Assembly (NCBI GenBank): GCA_017515325.1
Contig: JAFWGA010000036.1
Coordinates: 20,516-84,515, forward strand
From: Blautia sp.
GTDB taxonomy: Bacteria; Bacillota; Clostridia; Lachnospirales; Lachnospiraceae
DNA length: 64,000 nt
Direction: 5' to 3'
Position 1 is the stretch's first letter; each line of letters begins with the position of its first letter. Shown here one piece after another: positions 18,368 to 26,670 of the stretch. A program made the position numbers and the translations under genes. The notes beneath the pieces are model-generated. The model saw only the letters and a program-made list of their open reading frames with translations. It was not told where the DNA came from and ran no database searches.

Positions 18368-19519
18368 TTATTCCTCTGCAAAATCCGTGTCCATGGCCGT
18401 CTGAAGCTGATATTCAGGAAATTCCCTCTGAACATGGGCAATGACTTCCTGGTACACAGCCCTTCGATCCTTGGCGTTGAAGCTGATCACAAGGTCGAAG
18501 CGCATGGACTTCTCTTCCTTGATCAGGTAAAAGCCGTGCAGCTGTGTTACGAAGGGATGGGAAAAAACGATGTCCCTTAGCTTCTCGAGGGTACGGATCA
18601 CTTCTTCGTCCTGGGTATTCATGGAATAAACTCCTATGGCGGTCAGGACGACATGATGCTGACGGTAAACAGTAACCTGGATTTCCCTGATCAACTCGTC
18701 CAGCTGGGCAGCCTGACAGGTATCCGGTACCTCGATATGGATGGAACCGTTCCAGGAATCCGGCCCGTAATTATTCAGGATCAGGTCGTAGGCTCCGTGA
18801 ACACCGGGAAAGCTGACCACGGTTTGCTTGATGGCCTTTGCCAGCTCCACGTCGTTGGATTCTCCCAGCAGCCTGGAAATGGTATCCTGAAGCATTTCAA
18901 TGCCGGACTTGATGATCACGATGGAGATGAGGGCACCCAGCCAGGCTTCCAACGAGATGTGAAAAATCAGGAAAATGCCTGCCGCCACCAGCGTGGAGGC
19001 GGAAATGACGGAATCCAGGGTCGCGTCCTCCCCGGAATTGATCAGCGAATCGGAATGAACCTTTTCCCCGACGCTCTTAACATAATGGCCCAAAAGAATC
19101 TTCACAAATACAGCCACAGCAACTATGATGAGTGACACCATGGTATAATCCGGCATTTCCGGACGGATAATCTTCTTGACCGATTCAATGAAGGATGTGA
19201 TGCCGGCATAGAGCACAATGACGCAGATGATCATGGCACTAAGATATTCGATTCGTCCATAGCCAAAGGGATGCTTCTTATCCGGCTCTTTGGCTGCCAG
19301 TTTGGTACCGACAATGGTGATCAGGGAGCTGCCTGCATCGGAAATGTTGTTGACGGCATCCAGAACAATGGCGATGGAATTTGTCAGCAGACCGATGACG
19401 GCCTTAAAGGCTGCCAGACAAACATTTGCGATGATACCGATAATACTGGTTTTGATGATTGTTTTTTCCCTGGAATCTTCGGCAGAGTTCTTTTCTTTCC
19501 ATACGTTAAGTTGATTCAT
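18368..19519 (-). CDS. Cation diffusion facilitator family transporter
   Basis: SIAIVLDAVNNISD, PDKKHPFGYGRIE; start at MNQLNV preferred. Confidence 0.9.
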   Translation of the reverse strand: MNQLNVWKEKNSAEDSREKTIIKTSIIGIIANVCLAAFKAVIGLLTNSIAIVLDAVNNISDAGSSLITIVGTKLAAKEPDKKHPFGYGRIEYLSAMIICVIVLYAGITSFIESVKKIIRPEMPDYTMVSLIIVAVAVFVKILLGHYVKSVGEKVHSDSLINSGEDATLDSVISASTLVAAGIFLIFHISLEAWLGALISIVIIKSGIEMLQDTISRLLGESNDVELAKAIKQTVVSFPGVHGAYDLILNNYGPDSWNGSIHIEVPDTCQAAQLDELIREIQVTVYRQHHVVLTAIGVYSMNTQDEEVIRTLEKLRDIVFSHPFVTQLHGFYLIKEEKSMRFDLVISFNAKDRRAVYQEVIAHVQREFPEYQLQTAMDTDFAEE

Positions 19520-19597
19520 TTCAGTCCACCTCTGGTTTCTGCTCATACGATAGGAGCCTGCGCCTGACCGCCTTAATATTTGCATTTCTCAGGACCT

Positions 19598-19765
19598 GGG
19601 TCTCGCCTACGGGTCTCGCCTCCGGGTTTCGCCTACGGGTCTCGCCTCCGGCTCGGTCGGTTCTAAACGATGCCCACCGGGCATCAGAACCGGTCGGTTC
19701 TAAACGATGCCCACCAGGCCTCCGGCTCGGTCGGTTCTAAACAATGCCCACCGGGCATCAGAACC
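19598..19765. repeat. Tandem array of REP-like units (four 13-bp units plus three copies of a 24-42 bp unit)
   Basis: GGGTCTCGCCT(A/C)C x4, then GGTCGGTTCTAAACGATGCCCACC(GGGCATCAGAACC) x3. Confidence 0.85.
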
Positions 19766-19800
19766 GGTTGTTGCTGAACGGGCGCCGCTGGCACACAGTA

Positions 19801-19902
19801 CCCCGTTTCATGCCCATAATGGGGGCGTGTCATAAAGCCTCGCTTCCACTGGCAGGCAAGCTTGCTGTGGGAACAGGCTTTTGGCACTGGAATCATAAAT
19901 AT
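19801..19902 (-). repeat. Inverted partial copy of the 13778 MITE family
   Basis: Reverse complement aligns with 13772-13871. Confidence 0.8.
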
Positions 19903-19926
19903 TGTCGGTTTGGCTGCGGTACACAA

Positions 19927-19955
19927 TTGACATGGTAAGGGATGACATGTATAAC
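19927..19955 (+). promoter_or_regulatory. Sigma-A promoter
   Basis: TTGACA-17 bp-TATAAC. Confidence 0.65.
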
Positions 19956-20065
19956 TATATCAGTTGAAGACAAGCTTGTAAAGAGCTGGGCAAGGTGATC
20001 CTTCTGCACAACAGCCGTCCGGGGATAGCTTGTCAGAATAGAACATTCGTTCAGGAGGAGAAAAA

Positions 20066-20734
20066 ATGAATCGTAAAACTGTACTGAAGCAATGGTGTCA
20101 GATCGCCGCAGGCCTTCTTGTTTTTGCCTTTGGTGTCCACCTGACCATTCACGCAAATATCGGACTTGCCCCATGGGACTGCCTGGGGATGGGGATTGCC
20201 AGGCATACACCGCTCAACTATGGCCTTTCCATGACAGCCATCGCGATTTGCGTTCTGGGAATCGATCTGCTGCTGAAAGAGCGTATCGGATTCGGAACGA
20301 TTATCGATGCCCTGCTGACAGGCAATTTTGTTCAGTTCTATAATGATTTGAATGTCCTGCCGGAGAATAAAAGCCTGATCTTTGGCATTGCCTTTATGCT
20401 GACAGGCTTTGTTTTCATGGCGCTGGGTATGTGGATCTATATGAGCGCAGAGGAATGCTGTGGGCCAAGAGATTCCCTTCTGGTAGGGCTGGGAAAGCGC
20501 CTGCCGTCAGTCCCGATCGGGATCGTGGAGGTGATTCTATGGACACTCGTCCTGGTAACCGGCTGGGCACTGGGCGGTCCGATCGGGGTGGGGACACTGA
20601 TTTCTACCTTGGGGGCAGGGCTCGTTATGCAGCTCGTCTACAATGTCATCCGATTTGAGCCAAGAAAGCTCAAACATAAGGATGTCTGGGAGATTTCAAG
20701 GATTCTGGCAGGTACGCTGCCATTGCAGCAATGA
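20066..20734 (+). CDS. YczE/YyaS family membrane protein
   Basis: ANIGLAPWD, IGFGTI, GPRDSL, GPIGVGT internal duplication. Confidence 0.85.
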   Translation: MNRKTVLKQWCQIAAGLLVFAFGVHLTIHANIGLAPWDCLGMGIARHTPLNYGLSMTAIAICVLGIDLLLKERIGFGTIIDALLTGNFVQFYNDLNVLPENKSLIFGIAFMLTGFVFMALGMWIYMSAEECCGPRDSLLVGLGKRLPSVPIGIVEVILWTLVLVTGWALGGPIGVGTLISTLGAGLVMQLVYNVIRFEPRKLKHKDVWEISRILAGTLPLQQ

Positions 20735-20778
20735 GAATCTGACCCTGTACGGCAGGATTGACGGGGAGGATATAACAG

Positions 20779-21807
20779 ATGTTTCGGATAAACGAAGCGG
20801 GCGGAAGATATGAGCTGAGTGAAGACTGTATCCGCTTTCTTTCGGAGAAAGCATCTCTTACGATTGCCCAGGGAATTGAGCTGTTATATGATTTCCCTGT
20901 GGTGGGAGACGATTTCTCCTCTTATGAAAAACTGAATACCATGTATGACTGTTTTTACGACGGAGATTTTTTTCGGGGGATAGGAAGCTATTTCGGGAAA
21001 ACAGACGAGGAAACGGGAAAAGAAATACTGGCCCGCAAGATTGCCCGTATGCATGAAAAGCTGTTGTCTCAGGAATATGATGTCTTTGATCTCTTTGAAG
21101 AGCTGATTTTCCACAATATGATCCTCTTCATGGAGAAGCTGCAGGAAATGGGAAAAATAGAATATCCCATAGACAAGGCGGCAGAGAGGGAAACCACCCT
21201 GACTCTCTTTGGCAGATATGGAGTGTTGAATGCGGAGGCAAGGGAGTTGTCGGCTGCGGTTCACCGTCTCTATGAAATGGGTCTGAAGGATGATGGGGAT
21301 GTGAATCTTTTTTTCTGGGATGATGACTATGACTTCTTCTGGACTAAGGGCTTTGTGGAAGGGATCCGTATGATGAAGGGCCCCCTCGGAGAGCAGCTGG
21401 GATATGGCTATCAAAGTGCCTGTGATATTTTTGAGGATATTCATATCATACCACCGGTCAGGCTGCTGGGTTCAGAGGAGGGAAATCGCATCTGGAATGA
21501 ACAGGCGCGCAGACAGCTTGGGGATCAGATCAATCTCTTTGCGAATGTGGCATTTGCTCCGAATGAGGATGTGAGCACCATCGAAAGGGTGGCCAGGATG
21601 AAGGGATTGGATGCGAAGGAGGTGGAAAAAGATATTCAGGAAATGATTGACATTCTCTGGACGCAGCCCTTGGATGAGACAGTAGAACAGATGGGAATGA
21701 AAAAATATTTTGAGGGAAGAAAACCGACCGTTGAGGAATTGATCCGATATATCGCGGGACGGGCGAATCAAATCAAACCGATAGACGATGATCTTCCTTC
21801 TGGCTGA
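20779..21807 (+). CDS. Hypothetical protein, possible Spo0A-C-like helical domain at the C-terminus
   Basis: Long ORF with RBS; tail ERVARMKGLDAKEVEKDIQEMIDILW...RKPTVEELIRYIA. Confidence 0.65.
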   Translation: MFRINEAGGRYELSEDCIRFLSEKASLTIAQGIELLYDFPVVGDDFSSYEKLNTMYDCFYDGDFFRGIGSYFGKTDEETGKEILARKIARMHEKLLSQEYDVFDLFEELIFHNMILFMEKLQEMGKIEYPIDKAAERETTLTLFGRYGVLNAEARELSAAVHRLYEMGLKDDGDVNLFFWDDDYDFFWTKGFVEGIRMMKGPLGEQLGYGYQSACDIFEDIHIIPPVRLLGSEEGNRIWNEQARRQLGDQINLFANVAFAPNEDVSTIERVARMKGLDAKEVEKDIQEMIDILWTQPLDETVEQMGMKKYFEGRKPTVEELIRYIAGRANQIKPIDDDLPSG

Positions 21808-21846
21808 AATGGAACGGACCGGCTTTTCGCCGGTCCGTTCCATTTC
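21806..21846. terminator. Bidirectional terminator
   Basis: GAAATGGAACGGACCGGC / GCCGGTCCGTTCCATTTC. Confidence 0.7.
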
Positions 21847-21859
21847 TCGTTATGTTGAG

Positions 21860-22951
21860 TTACAGGGTAAGGTCTCCTTGCCTGACCCATCCCGCCCTTT
21901 TCAGGATCCACAGGAAGAGGGGGCTGAGCAGTCCCGGCAAGACAAAGCAGATCATGATCAGTCCTGCCCAATCCATGGCAGTAACACTGGAGCGCAGACC
22001 TTCGGCCATCTCGTTGGCCCAGCCTGTCACCACTCCGATCTGCCCCACGAGGCCACAGGTTCCCATGCCGGAGGATACCGGTGTCCCGTTCATCTCCAGG
22101 CGGAAGAGGCAGGTGGCAAGAGGTCCGGTGATGGCAGAGGTCAGGATGGGGGGTATCCAGATTCTGGGATTTTTTACGATATTTCCCATCTGCAGCATGG
22201 AGGTTCCTAATCCTTGAGAGACCAGCCCGCCCCAGCCGTTTTCCGGAAAGGACATGACGGCAAATCCAATCATCTGGGCGCAGCAGCCGGCCACTGCGGC
22301 ACCCCCGGCCAACCCCGTCAGTCCTAAGGCTGCGCAGATGGCAGCGGACGAGATGGGAAGAGTGAGGGCAATGCCTACAAAGACGGAAACCAGGATTCCC
22401 ATCAGCAAAGGCTGCAGACTGGTGGCCCACATGATCAGGCTGCCTGTTGTCATAGCTGCTTTTCCGATGGCGGGTGCCCACCAGGCAGAAAGAAGTACCC
22501 CCACGCCAATGGTGACCAGAGGGGTGACGAGGATATCGATTTTCGTTTCCCTGGAAATCGCCTTGCCTGCCTCTGCAGACAGGATAGCGATAAACAATAC
22601 AGCTAAAGGTCCTCCGGCTCCGCCCAGGGCATTTGAGGCAAAGCCCACAGTGATCAGGGAAAACAGAACCAGTGGCGGACAGTGCAGGGCATACCCGATT
22701 GCTGTCGCCATGGCAGGACCGCTCATGGCGGTAGCAAGACCTCCTACGGTATAATCCGTTCCGTTCACCGTAGCCACTATCCTTGTCAGGAAGGGAAGAT
22801 GCAGTTGGCTTCCTAACGTGTTGATGATGGTACCGATCAGCAGTGAGCAGAAAAGCCCCTGGGCCATGGCTCCCAGAGCATCAATCCCATAACGCTTCAG
22901 AGAAATCTCAATATCCTTCCGTTTCAGGAAAGCCTTTATTCTATCCTTCAT
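21860..22951 (-). CDS. PTS EIIC-like membrane protein (PTS_EIIC_2/PfoR-like)
   Basis: DALGAMAQGLFCSLLIG, LTLPISSAA, GLGTSMLQMGNI. Confidence 0.85.
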   Translation of the reverse strand: MKDRIKAFLKRKDIEISLKRYGIDALGAMAQGLFCSLLIGTIINTLGSQLHLPFLTRIVATVNGTDYTVGGLATAMSGPAMATAIGYALHCPPLVLFSLITVGFASNALGGAGGPLAVLFIAILSAEAGKAISRETKIDILVTPLVTIGVGVLLSAWWAPAIGKAAMTTGSLIMWATSLQPLLMGILVSVFVGIALTLPISSAAICAALGLTGLAGGAAVAGCCAQMIGFAVMSFPENGWGGLVSQGLGTSMLQMGNIVKNPRIWIPPILTSAITGPLATCLFRLEMNGTPVSSGMGTCGLVGQIGVVTGWANEMAEGLRSSVTAMDWAGLIMICFVLPGLLSPLFLWILKRAGWVRQGDLTL

Positions 22952-23206
22952 TTGTTACCGGTCCCCTTTCTTAAGAAAACGATCTGTCAGTTCAGTCATG
23001 AGACGTTTCACAGCTGCAGACAGGCTCAGACCTCTGTGACCGCAGTTCAGATGGGCCTGGCCTTGGCTGCAGGCACTTTGCAGATTATAACGCCTTTTTC
23101 CCTCTGATTCAACATTGCATTTTTAGCCTTTGGCAGTTATAATTCGCACAGGTATAGTTTTTTTGAGGGGATCGGACAGGCTCCGGTTCCAGGGAGGGAT
23201 TCGAAC

Positions 23207-23800
23207 ATGCAGGTCATCATAGCAAGCAATAATCAGGGGAAGATCAGGGAATATAAGGATATTTTTGCGCCTCTTGGCTTTGAGGTTTTTTCTCAGGGAG
23301 AGAAAAGCATTGAGCTGGACGTGGAGGAAACGGGCAGGACCTTTGAGGAAAATGCTGTCCTGAAAGCCCAGGCGATTTATGATCTGACCCACTCATGTGT
23401 CATTTCTGACGACAGCGGACTGGAGGTGGAAGCCCTGAATGGGGAGCCGGGGATCTATTCTGCCCGTTATAAAGGGCTTCAGACAGAGCATGAGAGAAGA
23501 AAGGCCATTCTTGACGGACTGAAGGGGGCCTCATACCGCAAGGCGAGGTTTATCTGTCTCATCTGCTTCATTGACGAAGCCGGGCAGCAGCACCTCTTCA
23601 AGGGCGTTTGGCCGGGAACCATCGCATATGAGGAGGAAGGCAGCAACGGCTTTGGATATGATCCCATTTTCATCTCGGAGGATTCCCAGGGAAGGACGAC
23701 AGCCAGTATGCCGATTTCTTTCAAGGAAGAGCATTCCCACAGGGCTAAAGCGGTAAAAAAGCTGATGGAATATTTAGAGAATAAGGCAGAAAGCCTGTAA
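23207..23800 (+). CDS. rdgB: Non-canonical purine NTP pyrophosphatase (RdgB/HAM1)
   Basis: ASNNQGK, DDSGLEV, GFGYDPIF, SHR. Confidence 0.95.
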   Translation: MQVIIASNNQGKIREYKDIFAPLGFEVFSQGEKSIELDVEETGRTFEENAVLKAQAIYDLTHSCVISDDSGLEVEALNGEPGIYSARYKGLQTEHERRKAILDGLKGASYRKARFICLICFIDEAGQQHLFKGVWPGTIAYEEEGSNGFGYDPIFISEDSQGRTTASMPISFKEEHSHRAKAVKKLMEYLENKAESL

Positions 23801-23814
23801 TGGAGGTGGCGATT

Positions 23815-25290
23815 ATGCAATTTCTGCCTGAGATTGAATATGTCAGAAAACTGGCCGGGACCGGAGCCTGCGATATTCTTCCGGTAAGCTGTGAGATTCT
23901 GTCGGATTTTACCACACCCATCGAGACGATGAGGATACTGAAGAATATTTCCGGTCATTGCTATATGCTGGAATCGGCTCAGGCCAACGAGACCTGGGGT
24001 CAGTATACCTTTATGGGGTATGATCCGAAGATGGAGATTACCTGTGTGGATGAGAGGATGAGCATTAAGGTAGGGGGGATGACAAAAACGGTGACGACCC
24101 AGAATCCATCCCAGGTCCTCAGGGAAATTCTCTCGGAATACAAAAGTCCCCATTTCGACTATCTGCCACCCTTTACCGGCGGTTTGGTGGGGTATTTTTC
24201 TTATGATTACCTTGGTTACAGCGAACCGAGTGTGAGAAGCCGGACCCAGGATACGGAGAATTTCAAGGATGTCGATCTGATGCTTTTCGATAAGGTGATT
24301 GCCTTTGACAATATCCGGCAGAAGATTATCCTGATGGTGAATATGCGGTTGGATGATCCCCAGACCAACTATAATAAAGCGATATGGGAACTGAAGCAGC
24401 TTGCCCTTTTGCTTCGCACAGGGGAGAAGAGCCGGGAAACCGGAGGCCGCTTGCTTGGGCCTGTCACGCCCCTGTTTGAAAGACAGGCATACTGTGAGAT
24501 GGTGGAAAAAGCCAGGCGGCATATCTTTGAGGGGGATATTTTCCAGATTGTCCTGTCCAACCGTCTCTCGGCTCCCTTTGAGGGAAGCCTCTTAAACACC
24601 TACCGGGTGCTGCGCACGATCAATCCTTCGCCCTATATGTTCTATTTCTCAGGAACGGATGTTGAGGTGGCAGGTGCTTCGCCGGAAACGCTGGTTAAGC
24701 TGGAAAACGGTATTCTGCACACCTTCCCCCTGGCAGGTACCAGACCCAGGGGCAAAACGCCGGAGGAGGACGCCAGGTTGGAGCAGGAACTGCTTGCGGA
24801 CGAAAAAGAGATGGCAGAACACAACATGCTGGTGGATCTGGGAAGAAACGATCTGGGGAAGATCAGCAGCTTCGGTTCCGTCAGTGTCGAAAGACTCCAT
24901 ACCATCGAACGCTATTCTCATGTGATGCACATCGGTTCCACTGTGCGGGGAGAGATCAGAGAGGATAAGGATGCTCTTGACGCAATAGAGGCCGTCCTCC
25001 CGGCCGGAACCCTTTCCGGGGCTCCCAAGATCAGAGCCTGCCAGCTGATTGCAGAGCTGGAAAACAATAAACGCGGCATCTACGGCGGAGCCATCGGCTA
25101 TATCGATTTTGCCGGAAATATGGACACCTGCATTGCCATTCGCATCGTCTATAAGAAAAACGGGAAGGTCTTTGTGAGAAGTGGGGCGGGAATCGTGGCG
25201 GATTCCGTAGCGGAGAAGGAATTCGAAGAATGCATGAATAAAGCGAAAGCATCGCTGAAGGCATTGGAGCTGGCCGGGGAGGTGGAATAA
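23815..25290 (+). CDS. trpE: Anthranilate synthase component I (chorismate-binding)
   Basis: MLES, GDIFQIVLS, NPSPYM, HNMLVDLGRND, PAGTLSGAPK. Confidence 0.85.
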   Translation: MQFLPEIEYVRKLAGTGACDILPVSCEILSDFTTPIETMRILKNISGHCYMLESAQANETWGQYTFMGYDPKMEITCVDERMSIKVGGMTKTVTTQNPSQVLREILSEYKSPHFDYLPPFTGGLVGYFSYDYLGYSEPSVRSRTQDTENFKDVDLMLFDKVIAFDNIRQKIILMVNMRLDDPQTNYNKAIWELKQLALLLRTGEKSRETGGRLLGPVTPLFERQAYCEMVEKARRHIFEGDIFQIVLSNRLSAPFEGSLLNTYRVLRTINPSPYMFYFSGTDVEVAGASPETLVKLENGILHTFPLAGTRPRGKTPEEDARLEQELLADEKEMAEHNMLVDLGRNDLGKISSFGSVSVERLHTIERYSHVMHIGSTVRGEIREDKDALDAIEAVLPAGTLSGAPKIRACQLIAELENNKRGIYGGAIGYIDFAGNMDTCIAIRIVYKKNGKVFVRSGAGIVADSVAEKEFEECMNKAKASLKALELAGEVE

Positions 25291-25857
25291 ATGGTATTGC
25301 TGATCGATAATTACGATAGCTTTTCTTACAATCTGTACCAGCTGATCGGAGAGCTTCAACCGGATATCAGAGTGATCCGCAACGATGAAATGACCATAGA
25401 GCAGATTGCCGAACTCTCACCTGACCACCTGATTCTCTCTCCCGGCCCCGGAAGGCCGGAAGATGCCGGTGTGATCATTGAGACAGTCCGAACCATAGGC
25501 AGGAGCATTCCTCTTCTGGGGGTATGCCTGGGCCATCAGGCAATCTGTGCAGCCTTCGGAGCTACCGTAACCTACGCAAAAAAACTGATGCACGGCAAGC
25601 AGTCCCTGGTCAGGCTGGACACGGCAGGCACATTGTTCCGGGATTGTCCGGAGACGGTACCGGCGGCAAGGTACCATTCCCTTGCCGCCGACCCGGCTAC
25701 CATGCCGGAAGAATTGAAAATAACCGCCAGAACAGAGGATGGAGAGATCATGGCGGTAGAACACCGTGACTATCCCATTTTTGGCCTGCAGTTTCATCCC
25801 GAATCCATCATGACACCTGACGGGAAGATCATGCTGAGAAATTTTCTCAGACTCTAG
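25291..25857 (+). CDS. trpG: Anthranilate/aminodeoxychorismate synthase glutamine amidotransferase
   Basis: IDNYDSF, SPGPG, GVCLGHQ, QFHPES. Confidence 0.9.
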   Translation: MVLLIDNYDSFSYNLYQLIGELQPDIRVIRNDEMTIEQIAELSPDHLILSPGPGRPEDAGVIIETVRTIGRSIPLLGVCLGHQAICAAFGATVTYAKKLMHGKQSLVRLDTAGTLFRDCPETVPAARYHSLAADPATMPEELKITARTEDGEIMAVEHRDYPIFGLQFHPESIMTPDGKIMLRNFLRL

Positions 25858-25888
25858 AGAGAGATAATGACAGCCACTGGAACAGGTT

Positions 25889-25929
25889 CAGCCGGCGTCT
25901 CACATGAGCTGTGAGGCGCCGGCTGTTTT
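25889..25929. terminator. Terminator hairpin
   Basis: CAGCCGGCGTCTCACA / TGTGAGGCGCCGGCTG followed by a T run. Confidence 0.65.
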
Positions 25930-25957
25930 GGCAGGGCTGCGGGAAGGAAGCTGTCCT

Positions 25958-26614
25958 TCATCTGTCAAAAGTGAGAACCTCGCCGTCATGGTTGGCGAAA
26001 TAAAGCTCCTTTTCTTTTACCATTTCGGCACGAGCGTTTGTGCTTTCTGTGATGGCCGAGCGGGCGCTGCCTTCCTGGCTGGCGGGGAGCAGCAGCTGCA
26101 TGGTCACAGAGTCGGCAAAATCGGTCTTCCAGACGGTGAAGCCCTTTTGATTGGCCAGATACTGGACCTTACCGTAATCCGTGTAATCCATGTTGACTCT
26201 CAGGGAAATTCCATGGATCCGTTCTATGACATCACTGGCTGCAAGACCGGCTTGGACGGCAGTGGAGTAGGCTCTGACCAATCCCCCTGTCCCCAGCAGG
26301 ACTCCTCCGAAATATCGTGTGACAACAACGGCAGTGTCATAGAGCTGCGCGCCCAGAACGACGTCCAGCATGGGACGGCCGGCTGTCTGGGAAGGCTCGC
26401 CATCATCGCTGCACCGGGTCAGCTCCCGGTTTAGTCCGATCGTATAGGCATAGCAGTTGTGGCGGGCATCCCAGTATTTCTTCCGCATTTCCTCGAGAAA
26501 AGCCAGGATTTCCTCCTCTTTTTCTACATGGCGGACAGTCGCGATAAAACGGGATTTTTTTTCAACAATTTCAGCCTGTCCTCCCTGATAGACAGTGCGA
26601 TATCTCTCAAGCAT
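25958..26614 (-). CDS. yigZ: YigZ/IMPACT family protein
   Basis: EKKSRFI, HNCYAY, SDDGEP, TRYFGGVLLGTGGL. Confidence 0.9.
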   Translation of the reverse strand: MLERYRTVYQGGQAEIVEKKSRFIATVRHVEKEEEILAFLEEMRKKYWDARHNCYAYTIGLNRELTRCSDDGEPSQTAGRPMLDVVLGAQLYDTAVVVTRYFGGVLLGTGGLVRAYSTAVQAGLAASDVIERIHGISLRVNMDYTDYGKVQYLANQKGFTVWKTDFADSVTMQLLLPASQEGSARSAITESTNARAEMVKEKELYFANHDGEVLTFDR

Positions 26615-26670
26615 GGATATTCCTTCGCTTTCCTTACCCTATGGCATAGAGGCCAGATTCCTTTCCCTAC

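Noticed and set aside
19598-19765. CRISPR array
   Set aside because: Units are adjacent or nested with no unique spacers of constant length, and there are no cas genes.
13772-19902. Integron cassette array
   Set aside because: No tyrosine integrase and no attC-type ends; the repeats have TIRs typical of MITEs.
19969-20034. SAM-I riboswitch
   Set aside because: Only an AAGAG-like start; lacks the ATC, GCAACC and GTGC core.
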